64,000 bases of DNA, from contig OZ242008.1 in assembly GCA_965204735.1 (NCBI GenBank), forward strand, positions 1,600,001-1,664,000, given 5' to 3'. Below are positions 9,079 to 16,563 of this stretch, one piece after another; the first letter of the stretch is position 1; each line of letters opens with the position of its first letter. This DNA comes from Longimicrobiales bacterium (GTDB taxonomy: Bacteria; Gemmatimonadota; Gemmatimonadetes; Longimicrobiales; Gaopeijiaceae). The position numbers were made by a program, and so were the translations under genes. The notes below the pieces were generated by a model. That model made no database searches and had not been told where the DNA came from. It worked only from the letters and a program-made list of their open reading frames with translations.

Positions 9079-9522
9079 ATGGCGCGTCACTGGTGGTCGA
9101 CTTTTTCCAGCTTTGCCACGATCGATCAAGAGACTAACAATGTATCGGCAATAGACTTGATCGAAATGCTGCGGGTGCCTCCCCCACCCGATACCGACAA
9201 GCCGTTGTCAATAGTGATGCGCAGCGTAGTGGTATCCCTCTGGAGTCGCACGGACTCGAACGTACCGGAGCGCTCGCTTGGTCGGGCGAGATGGATGGAT
9301 GCAACCGGCCAGGAACTAGGAAGCTTTGTCTATGAGATCGACCTCCAGAATCATGAGAGGTCACGAATTCGCTTGAATCTCAACGCGATTCCTATTCGCG
9401 ATACAGGCACCTACCAATGGCAGATATCATGCGCTCACATAGATGCGCCTGATGAGTGGCAAGTTGTCGCTTGTCTGCCAGTGCAAGTGGTCTTTGACGA
9501 CCAAGCAGAGATCGCAACGTAG
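9079..9522 (+). CDS. Small beta-sandwich protein, DUF6941-like
   Basis: 147 aa with an alternating beta-strand pattern, ATIDQETNNVSAIDLIE, IPIRDTGTYQWQI and terminal CLPVQV. Confidence 0.65.
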   Translation: MARHWWSTFSSFATIDQETNNVSAIDLIEMLRVPPPPDTDKPLSIVMRSVVVSLWSRTDSNVPERSLGRARWMDATGQELGSFVYEIDLQNHERSRIRLNLNAIPIRDTGTYQWQISCAHIDAPDEWQVVACLPVQVVFDDQAEIAT

Positions 9523-9562
9523 ACGACTGGTGGCGAATTGCGGACTTTCGTTCCCGCGATCA

Positions 9563-9609
9563 GCCGGAATCGCCGCGATCAGGCGGCTTGCCGGCGCTCC
9601 CGTCGCACC
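9563..9609 (+). repeat. 47-bp perfect direct repeat, right copy
   Basis: Identical to 7759-7805; contains the stop codon of the minus-strand gene 9579-10670. Confidence 0.95.
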
Positions 9610-10670
9610 AAGTATGCGCCCCACGTCAGGACCGGCACGATGAACACCACCCACCATCCGTACGTGATGTAGCCGTATCCACGGGCGACCAGCGCCGTCA
9701 GTCCGAACTGGGCGATCAGCGCGCCCAGCGTCAGCACGCCCAGGGCCGACGTCGCCCGGAGCCCTGCCGACAGCTCTCGGCCCCGGTCCCCGGCGGCGCG
9801 GGCGATGCGCTCGTTGAGGGCGTGGATCATCCCGGCGCCGGTCTCCACCAACGTGCCGAAGAGCATGACCTGGAACGCGATCTGGAACGGACGGGAACCG
9901 ATCAGCTCCAGCATGTGGTTCACCGGCACTTCCTCGCCGAGAATGCCCGGATGCTCGCCCGCGATCGCCACGAAGAAGAGGAGGGCGGGGACCATCGCGA
10001 TCGGACCGGTCAGCAGGCCGGCGACGAAGGTGTCCCTGCGGCTGCGGTGATGGCGGATCGTGATCAGTACCGCCGGCAGCACGCCCAGGTTGTAGCCCGC
10101 GTAGCGCAGGCCGTCCCAGAGCCAGCTCCCCTCGACCGTCCGGGCGGCGAAGGACTCGCCGATCTGGGGGCCGAAGCGGCTCGCGCACCACACGAAGAAG
10201 ACGAAGTAGACCAGGTACAGCACGCCCGACCAGCTGGAGAACGCCCTCTCGATGACCTCGTTTCCCCCGAAGACCAGGAGACCTACCAGCGCCATGATCC
10301 CCACGACGCCGACCAAGTAGGGGAGCCCGAACGTCTCCTGCAGGATCGACCCCGCCGAAGCGGCGATGACCGCAAGCACCAGCATCATCATCGTGACGTA
10401 CAGGACCTCGAAGAGGAACCACCAGCGACCCAGGAGCAGCTGGAAGAAGCTCCTGTACTCGAACGCCTTGAACGTCCGAGCGAACTCGTAGGCGGCGGTG
10501 CAGACGACGCTCCACACCACCGTGGACACGCCCATCGCCAGCAGCCCGCCGGCGGGCCCGTGGGACAGGAAGTACTCCGCCAGCTCCCTCCCGGTCCCGT
10601 ACCCGCCGGCGATCACCACCGACTGGAACATGAAGCCGGGCAGCAGGTAGCGTCGCATGGCGTTCGTCAC
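9579..10670 (-). CDS. YkvI-like membrane protein (APC-type putative amino-acid/peptide permease)
   Basis: FQSVVIAGGYGTGRELAEYF motif, about 10 TM segments, AAGGAGG RBS before GTG 10670. Confidence 0.85.
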   Translation of the reverse strand: MTNAMRRYLLPGFMFQSVVIAGGYGTGRELAEYFLSHGPAGGLLAMGVSTVVWSVVCTAAYEFARTFKAFEYRSFFQLLLGRWWFLFEVLYVTMMMLVLAVIAASAGSILQETFGLPYLVGVVGIMALVGLLVFGGNEVIERAFSSWSGVLYLVYFVFFVWCASRFGPQIGESFAARTVEGSWLWDGLRYAGYNLGVLPAVLITIRHHRSRRDTFVAGLLTGPIAMVPALLFFVAIAGEHPGILGEEVPVNHMLELIGSRPFQIAFQVMLFGTLVETGAGMIHALNERIARAAGDRGRELSAGLRATSALGVLTLGALIAQFGLTALVARGYGYITYGWWVVFIVPVLTWGAYLVRRERRQAA

Positions 10671-10791
10671 CGGCTGTCCTCCTTGGGGGGCTGGCGGCGT
10701 CGCGGGGCGGCGAACCGGCCGCGGTCGACGGGAGGCAAGCTACGGAGCGCGTGCGGCCGACGCCACGCCGCCCCCGCCGCCCCTTCGGGCT

Positions 10792-12132
10792 TCAAGACGT
10801 CGACTCGAAGAACAGCCCCTTGGGCACGAAGGCGCTGTGCAGCGCCTCCCGGTCCCCGGCACCCACGCCCGCCCGAGTCGCCGCCTCGCGCCAGCGCGCC
10901 CGCACCACGGCGACGATCCGATCAAGCGCCGCCTCCGCCTCTTCCCGCCCCATCAGGAAGCGAGCCGCGCCGGCGACCAGGTTCTCCCTCCCGGCCCGAC
11001 GGCCCTCGGGGCCGCAGACCATGGACAATTCGCGCTCCATCGAGTAGGCGGGGGAAGGGTTGAGGTCGTAGGCGGGCGCGAGGCGCCACGAGCGCCCTCG
11101 GGCCAGAATCGCATGGTTGCGCGGGTGGTCGTCCAGGTTGGAGACGGCGGCGTTGAAGCACATCCGGGCGAAGAGCTCCTTCAGGTCCTCTGTCGGCTGG
11201 GCGCTGACGCGCCGGAGCTCGTCGGCCAGGGCCAGGTAGGACCAGCGTTCGCGACCCGTCGGCGAATCGTCGCTGCGGAGCAGGGTCAGCGCGCTGGCCA
11301 TGCGGTGTCGAAGCCAGCCCCCTCCCTCGCCGGAGCGCTCCCGGTCGAAGCGGCGCACCAGCAGCACGTCCCGGTTGCCGGCGCGCTCGATCCGACTCTC
11401 CGCCGCCCGAATGCCGCACTCCCGGGCCAGGAGCAGCATCGCATGCTCGGCCCTGGGCTCGTTCCACCGATCCCGCGGGCGGCTGAACTTGGCCAGCCAA
11501 AGGGCGTCGCCGTCCTCGACGACCGCCTTCGGCCGGGCGCCGCCCATCGACGTGCCCTCGTCGAAGATCGCGTGGGCGAGAGTCGCGGCCCGGTCGCTGC
11601 CCGGCTTCCCGTGGTCCGAGCTCGCGCCAGCCCGACACTCGCCGGCCGCACCCGCGCCGACCGCCCGTCCTCCGCCCTCGCCGGCCGCCAGTGCGTCCGC
11701 TGCGGCCTGGAGCGCCGCCAGCGCCACCGGGGCCGCAAACCGAAGACGCGGCGAAGGCGGTTCCACCGAGGGGCCGAACCCAAGGGCGCCGGCCCGGTCG
11801 TCGGGTCCTTCCATCAGGTACTCGAACTCGTCCAGCCGCGCGCGGCCCAGCCGCCGCTCGATCAGCAGCCGTCCCCAGTAGTCGGGCATGGAATCGCGCA
11901 CGGCGCCGAAGAAGCCGCCCATGCGACCCGTCAGGTAAAGGCGGTCCGCCAACCGAAGCTCCACCGGATCGAGTTCGACCGCTTCCGACCTCTCCAGGTA
12001 GCTGCGCCCGTACACGAACTCGCCGCTCGCCGCTCCGCCGGGGCCGCCCCGCAGCCGGAACCGCCCCGCCGTCGTGAACTCCGCGTCGCCCGGCAGCACG
12101 ACGTAGACGTAGCAGCTTCGGTCGGAGGCCAT
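10792..12132 (-). CDS. hipA: HipA-family Ser/Thr kinase toxin
   Basis: N-terminal coupling domain (DSMPDYWGR), SMGGARPK P-loop, LLVRRFDR, NLDDHPRNH catalytic loop, LAPAYDL. Confidence 0.93.
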   Translation of the reverse strand: MASDRSCYVYVVLPGDAEFTTAGRFRLRGGPGGAASGEFVYGRSYLERSEAVELDPVELRLADRLYLTGRMGGFFGAVRDSMPDYWGRLLIERRLGRARLDEFEYLMEGPDDRAGALGFGPSVEPPSPRLRFAAPVALAALQAAADALAAGEGGGRAVGAGAAGECRAGASSDHGKPGSDRAATLAHAIFDEGTSMGGARPKAVVEDGDALWLAKFSRPRDRWNEPRAEHAMLLLARECGIRAAESRIERAGNRDVLLVRRFDRERSGEGGGWLRHRMASALTLLRSDDSPTGRERWSYLALADELRRVSAQPTEDLKELFARMCFNAAVSNLDDHPRNHAILARGRSWRLAPAYDLNPSPAYSMERELSMVCGPEGRRAGRENLVAGAARFLMGREEAEAALDRIVAVVRARWREAATRAGVGAGDREALHSAFVPKGLFFESTS

Positions 12133-12471
12133 TCAGAAGTCGTTGTCCAGCTGCCCCCGGCGAACTCGCTGGGGCAGGGCCGTCCGCTCCAGCGCCTTGC
12201 CCGCTTCGTCGCGCTCCGGGGCTCCCAGCTCGCAAGCGTGGTCCAGCAGCCCCATGGCCCACAGCGCCGCGAAGTAGGCGGCGGCCGAAGCGCCGGGCTT
12301 GCCGCGCTCCACGTCGGCGACGGTGAAGCGGGAGACGCCCATCCGCTCGGCCAGGTCCTCGAGCCGAAGGCGGCGGCGGAGGCGAGCCGTGCGGATGTTG
12401 CCGCCCAAGGTGCGCAGGGCCTCCTCGACGGCCGCCGGCGGCTGCGTGGTGAGCAAGCTTCGTTTCGACAT
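12133..12471 (-). CDS. XRE/HipB-like HTH antitoxin
   Basis: LGGNIRTARLRRRL..EDLAERMGVSRFTVADVERG HTH; stop abuts the hipA start. Confidence 0.9.
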   Translation of the reverse strand: MSKRSLLTTQPPAAVEEALRTLGGNIRTARLRRRLRLEDLAERMGVSRFTVADVERGKPGASAAAYFAALWAMGLLDHACELGAPERDEAGKALERTALPQRVRRGQLDNDF

Positions 12472-12540
12472 GTGGAATAAATATAGCGCAAAGTTGGATT
12501 GCGTTGATTTTGATCAACAGTTAGGGCTGGGCAGTCAAGG
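12472..12540 (-). promoter_or_regulatory. AT-rich hipBA promoter/operator region with inverted repeats
   Basis: CGCAA-N7-TTGCG at 12487-12503 and GTTGAT-N4-ATCAAC at 12503-12518. TATATT lies 8 nt before the ATG with no SD. Confidence 0.5.
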
Positions 12541-12549
12541 TCCATTGGG

Positions 12550-12637
12550 GGTGCCGCCCAAGCGGTTCGGGCGGGCCTTGGGACCTTCCCACGCCAGCCC
12601 CAGCCTAGGCGGTGCCGCCAAGCGATTCGGGCGTGCC
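12550..12637 (+). repeat. 2 x ~27-bp imperfect direct repeat
   Basis: ggtgccgcc(c)aagcgRttcgggcgKgcc at 12550 and 12611, next to the stop of the ABC gene. Confidence 0.75.
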
Positions 12638-12638
12638 G

Positions 12639-14507
12639 CTAACGACCCCGCTCCCGCACGCCTCTGGGCGCCACCCGCGCTTCTGCCCGGGCCAGCCCCC
12701 AGTCCACCGTCAGGGCCATGGCGGCCGCCGGAACCGCGCCGGAGAGGATCATCACCGGGTCGGCGAGGGCCAGCCCGGCCACGATCGGGTCGCCCAGTCC
12801 GCCTCCGCCGACGAAGGCGGCCAAGGTGGCGGTTCCCACGTTGATCACCGCGGCCGTGCGCACTCCGGCCATGACCACCGGCGCCGCCAAGGGCAGGCGG
12901 ATGCGCAGCAGCAGCTGCGCTTCGGTCATTCCCAGCGCGCGTCCGGCCTCCACGGCGCCCGGCGCGGCCTCCACGATCCCGGTGTAGGTGTTGCGCAGGA
13001 TCGGCAGGAGCGAGTAGAGGAAGAGCGCGGCCGCGGCGGGCGTCGCGCCGATCCCGAAGAGGGGGATCATGAAGGCGAGCAGCGCGATTCCCGGGATCGT
13101 CTGAAGAAGGCCGGCGGCTCGAATCGCGCTTTCGGCGAAGGAACGCCGGCGCTCCAGCGCCACGCCGGCGGGAAGTGCGACCAGCGCTGCCGCTCCCAGG
13201 GAGACGAGGACCAGGAGCAGGTGGCGAGCCGCCTGTCTGCCCAGCTCCGCCCGATGGCTCCACATGTGGGCGGGCAACGCGCTCACGGAGCGGGAGGGGC
13301 GGGGGACCGTCGGGCGGGAGGTCTCGGGGTCGGCGCCGCTTCGCGCGTCCGGGCCGGCGTTGCCGGCGAGGTCGCCGTCGGGAGCCGAGTCCGCGCCGCC
13401 CGTCGCCCCGAGGCCGATCTCGACCAGCAGTTCCCGGGCCGCCTGGGCCGGGGTGGCTCCCGCCAGCTCGACCCTTTCGTTCGCTCGCCGCATGACGGCC
13501 TCGTCGATCCGTCCAGCCAAGCGCGAGAGGAGCAGCGTGGCCTCGGGCCGCTCCTCGTAGAAGCGGCGGCTGGCCAACGGCGCGGCGTCGTAGGGAGGGA
13601 AGAAGCCCAGGTCGTCGGTCATCACCGCCAAGTCGTAGCGGGCCACGGCGCCGTCGGTGGAGTAGGCGTCGATCACGTCCACTTCGCCTTCGGCAAGCGC
13701 TTGGTACTTGACCGCCTGGAGGAGGTTCCGCACGTCCCGAAACTCCATCCCGTCGTAGGCTTCGGTCAGGCCCAGCAGGCCGTCGGCACGACCCGCGAAG
13801 TCGGGCGAGAAGCCCGCGGAGAGCCGGGGAGCGATCCTTGCCAGCCCCGACAGCGTGCGGACTCCCAGGGAGTCGGCCGCGCGGCGGCGCATCGCCACTG
13901 CGTAGTTGTTGGCGAACCCCAGGGGCGGCAGCCAGCGGGCGCCCCAACGGGCCAGGAAGGCGTCGCTGACCCGTCGGAAGACCGCCGCCGATCCGCCGGA
14001 CGAGCTCTCGGCCAGCACGGCCGCCAGCCCCGTCCCCGTGTACTCGGGGTAGACGTCGATCTCGCTTCGGGCGAGCGCCTGCAACGCCACCTCCGTCGTG
14101 CCCAGTCCCAGCCGCCGGTCCACCACGTGTCCCCGAGCCTCCAGCAGCTGGGCGAAGACCTCCGCGAGCACGTAGGACTCGGCGAAGGGCTTGGAGGCGA
14201 CCACGATCGGCCGCGCCTGGGCCGCCGCCATCGAAGGCAGAAGGACCGCGGCGCAGCAGCCGAGCACCACGCGCCAGCCTCGCCTCGGCAGGGCGCCCCG
14301 CCTGGGCGGCTTCCGACGTCGGGGCAGGCCCGTTCGCCCAGGCAAGCCGGAAGACCTCCGCCGGCCGCGCCCCGTCCCCGGTCCACGACGCCGAGTCACG
14401 CCGTCGCCCGCGCCTTCGACACGACGCCGAGTCACGCCGTCGCCCCCGCCTTCGACATGACGCCGAATCACGCCGTCGCCCCCGCCTTCGACACGATGCA
14501 GAATCAC
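12639..14507 (-). CDS. Osmoprotectant (glycine betaine/choline-type) ABC transporter: fused substrate-binding domain and permease; start uncertain (in-frame GTGs at 14507, 14471, 14435, 14399, 14270)
   Basis: OpuAC-like IVVASKPFAESYVLAE, DVYPEYTGT, FFPPYDA; permease LQTIPGIALLA and EAA loop EAGRALGMT. Confidence 0.9.
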   Translation of the reverse strand: MILHRVEGGGDGVIRRHVEGGGDGVTRRRVEGAGDGVTRRRGPGTGRGRRRSSGLPGRTGLPRRRKPPRRGALPRRGWRVVLGCCAAVLLPSMAAAQARPIVVASKPFAESYVLAEVFAQLLEARGHVVDRRLGLGTTEVALQALARSEIDVYPEYTGTGLAAVLAESSSGGSAAVFRRVSDAFLARWGARWLPPLGFANNYAVAMRRRAADSLGVRTLSGLARIAPRLSAGFSPDFAGRADGLLGLTEAYDGMEFRDVRNLLQAVKYQALAEGEVDVIDAYSTDGAVARYDLAVMTDDLGFFPPYDAAPLASRRFYEERPEATLLLSRLAGRIDEAVMRRANERVELAGATPAQAARELLVEIGLGATGGADSAPDGDLAGNAGPDARSGADPETSRPTVPRPSRSVSALPAHMWSHRAELGRQAARHLLLVLVSLGAAALVALPAGVALERRRSFAESAIRAAGLLQTIPGIALLAFMIPLFGIGATPAAAALFLYSLLPILRNTYTGIVEAAPGAVEAGRALGMTEAQLLLRIRLPLAAPVVMAGVRTAAVINVGTATLAAFVGGGGLGDPIVAGLALADPVMILSGAVPAAAMALTVDWGLARAEARVAPRGVRERGR

Positions 14508-14527
14508 GCCGTCGCCCCCGCCTTCGA
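14384..14527. repeat. 4 x 36-bp tandem repeat spanning the ATPase-stop/permease-start junction
   Basis: Units close to cacgacgccgagtcacgccgtcgcccccgccttcga at 14384, 14420, 14456 and 14492. Confidence 0.95.
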
Positions 14528-15253
14528 GAGGAGCTCCGCGGCGTACCCTCGGCCCTGCGCGGCCTCTTGCCGGGCCCGAACGGACAGCTCTGCCGCGGCC
14601 GCCTCCAGCACGATCCGTCCGGCCCGCATGACGGCGATCCGCGTGGCCACCCGCAGCGCCTCCGCCAGGTCGTGGGTCACGAAGACGGCGGTTGCGCCCG
14701 CCGACCGGCGAAGCGCCAGGAACGCCTCCTGGGCGTCGAAGCGGGTGACCGCGTCCAGCGCGCCGAAGGGCTCGTCCATGAGGAGGACGTCGGGATCGGC
14801 GGCGACGGCGCGGGAGATGGCGACCCTCTGCCGCTGCCCTCCCGAGAGCTCCCGGGGGTACCGGTCGCCGAAGATCGCCGGGTCGAGTCCGGCGGCCGCC
14901 AGGGCGTTGCGTCCGCGCTCCTCCGCGTCGTCCATGCCTCGAAGAGACGGGACCAGGGCGGCGTTGGCCAAGCAGGTCCAGTGGGGGATCAGCCCGCCGT
15001 CCTGCTGCACGTAGCCGATGGAGCGGCGGAGGGCCACCGGGTCCAGCGAGGATGCCAGCTCGCCCCGCACCCGCACCTCTCCGGCGTCCAGCGCCGTCAG
15101 CCCGTTGATCGTGCGCAGCAGGGTGGTCTTCCCCGAGCCGCTCTCGCCCACCAGGGCCATGCAGCTGCCGGCGTCCACGCGCAAGCTGGCGCCGTCCAGC
15201 GCGGTGGCGTCGCCGTAGCGCTTGACCGCGCCGTCGATCTTGATCAGGGCCAC
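14504..15253 (-). CDS. Osmoprotectant ABC transporter ATP-binding subunit (OpuBA/ProV-like)
   Basis: GESGSGKT, LSGGQRQR, LLMDEPFGALD, FVTHD. GTG at 15253 overlaps the upstream gene end. Confidence 0.93.
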   Translation of the reverse strand: MALIKIDGAVKRYGDATALDGASLRVDAGSCMALVGESGSGKTTLLRTINGLTALDAGEVRVRGELASSLDPVALRRSIGYVQQDGGLIPHWTCLANAALVPSLRGMDDAEERGRNALAAAGLDPAIFGDRYPRELSGGQRQRVAISRAVAADPDVLLMDEPFGALDAVTRFDAQEAFLALRRSAGATAVFVTHDLAEALRVATRIAVMRAGRIVLEAAAAELSVRARQEAAQGRGYAAELLSKAGATA

Positions 15254-16386
15254 GGCGCGCCCTCCCGCAGGGCCCAGGCCAGCACCTCCGGCTCCACGTT
15301 CCCCCCGGACACCAGGGCCACCACGACATCGCCCGGCTCGACCGCCACCCGCCCATGCATCACCGCGGCCACGGCCGCCGCGCCCGACGGCTCGGCCACC
15401 ACCTTCGCCCGGGTCGCCAGAAGGCGCATGGCCGAGGCGATCTCGTCGTCCGAGACCAACGTCACGTCCTCCACGAACTCCCGCACGTACCGAAAGGTCA
15501 GCTCGCCGGCCATGGGCGCCGCCAAGCCGTCCGCCACGGTGTCCACGGCGTCCAAGCGGACAGCCCGCCCCGCGTCCAGGCTCCTCCGCATCGCCGGGGC
15601 GCCTTCGGGCTCGACGCCGACGACGCGGTGGCCGGAGGTGCCGTCCCCCGTTCCCACGCCGCCGTCCTCCGCTCCCGGTCCGGAATCCCCCGTTCCCGGT
15701 CCGGAATCCCCCGTTCCCGGTCCGGAATCCCCCGTTCCCAGTCCACCGTCCCCCATTCCCAGTCCACCGTCCCCCGCTCCCAGGCCGCCGTCCTCCGTCG
15801 CGGGCCGGCAAGCCGCCAGGGCCCCGGCGATCCCCGCGATCTGGCCGCCGCCGCCCACGGGCACCACCACCACGGCCGGCCCCGGCACCTCCTCGGCCAG
15901 CTCGAGTCCCGTGGAGCCGTGCCCCGCGATCACTTCCTCCGCGTCGAACGGATGGAGGAAGACGAGACCCTCGTCGCGCGCCAGCCGATCGGCCTTGCGG
16001 AAGGCGTCCGCCGCCGTTCCGTGAAGGATCACCTCCGCGCCGTACCCCTGCGCCGCCTCCACCTTGATCGGCGCCGCCGCCTGCGGCATCACGACCACGG
16101 CCCGGACGCCGGCCTTCCCGGCCGCCCACGCCACCGCCTGGGCGTGGTTGCCGGCGGAGACCGTGACCACCCCCCGCGCCCGCTCCTCCGGCGCCAGCGC
16201 GGCCACCGCGTTCAGCGCCCCCCGCACCTTGAACGATCCCGTCTTCTGCAGGTTCTCGCACTTCAGGAAGGCGCGGGTCCCGGTCGCGTCGCCCAACGTG
16301 CGGAACGAGAGCAGGGGGGTGCGGTGCACCAGGGGGACGATCCGACGGCGCGCTTCCTCGTACTCTCGTCGCCCAAGCCAAGCCAT
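15244..16386 (-). CDS. PLP-dependent threonine/serine dehydratase (serine racemase-like, no regulatory domain)
   Basis: KCENLQKTGSFKVRG (PLP lysine), SAGNHAQ, PVGGGG, AEPSGA, SGGN. Confidence 0.92.
   Translation of the reverse strand: MAWLGRREYEEARRRIVPLVHRTPLLSFRTLGDATGTRAFLKCENLQKTGSFKVRGALNAVAALAPEERARGVVTVSAGNHAQAVAWAAGKAGVRAVVVMPQAAAPIKVEAAQGYGAEVILHGTAADAFRKADRLARDEGLVFLHPFDAEEVIAGHGSTGLELAEEVPGPAVVVVPVGGGGQIAGIAGALAACRPATEDGGLGAGDGGLGMGDGGLGTGDSGPGTGDSGPGTGDSGPGAEDGGVGTGDGTSGHRVVGVEPEGAPAMRRSLDAGRAVRLDAVDTVADGLAAPMAGELTFRYVREFVEDVTLVSDDEIASAMRLLATRAKVVAEPSGAAAVAAVMHGRVAVEPGDVVVALVSGGNVEPEVLAWALREGAPWP
15643..15789 (-). repeat. 7 x 21-bp in-frame tandem repeat (GTGDSGP/GxGDGGL) inside the dehydratase
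   Basis: Units such as atcccccgttcccggtccgga and gtcccccattcccagtccacc at a 21-bp period. Confidence 0.93.
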
Positions 16387-16563
16387 GCCGCCCTCCGTGG
16401 TTCGATACCGCTCCGTCGCCCTTCGTCGCAGGGGCGCCCTCCGGGCGATTGATATTGTCCGCCCGACTGGCTAACTTCGGGCCGAGACGCTGGTACGGGA
16501 ACGTCCCGAAGCCCAGCCCCGGCGTCGCGGCCTCACTTCACCAGCAAGCCAGGACGATACAAC

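Noticed and set aside
14384..14527. 36-bp repeats read as a CRISPR
   Set aside because: The units are directly adjacent with no spacers, so this is a tandem repeat.
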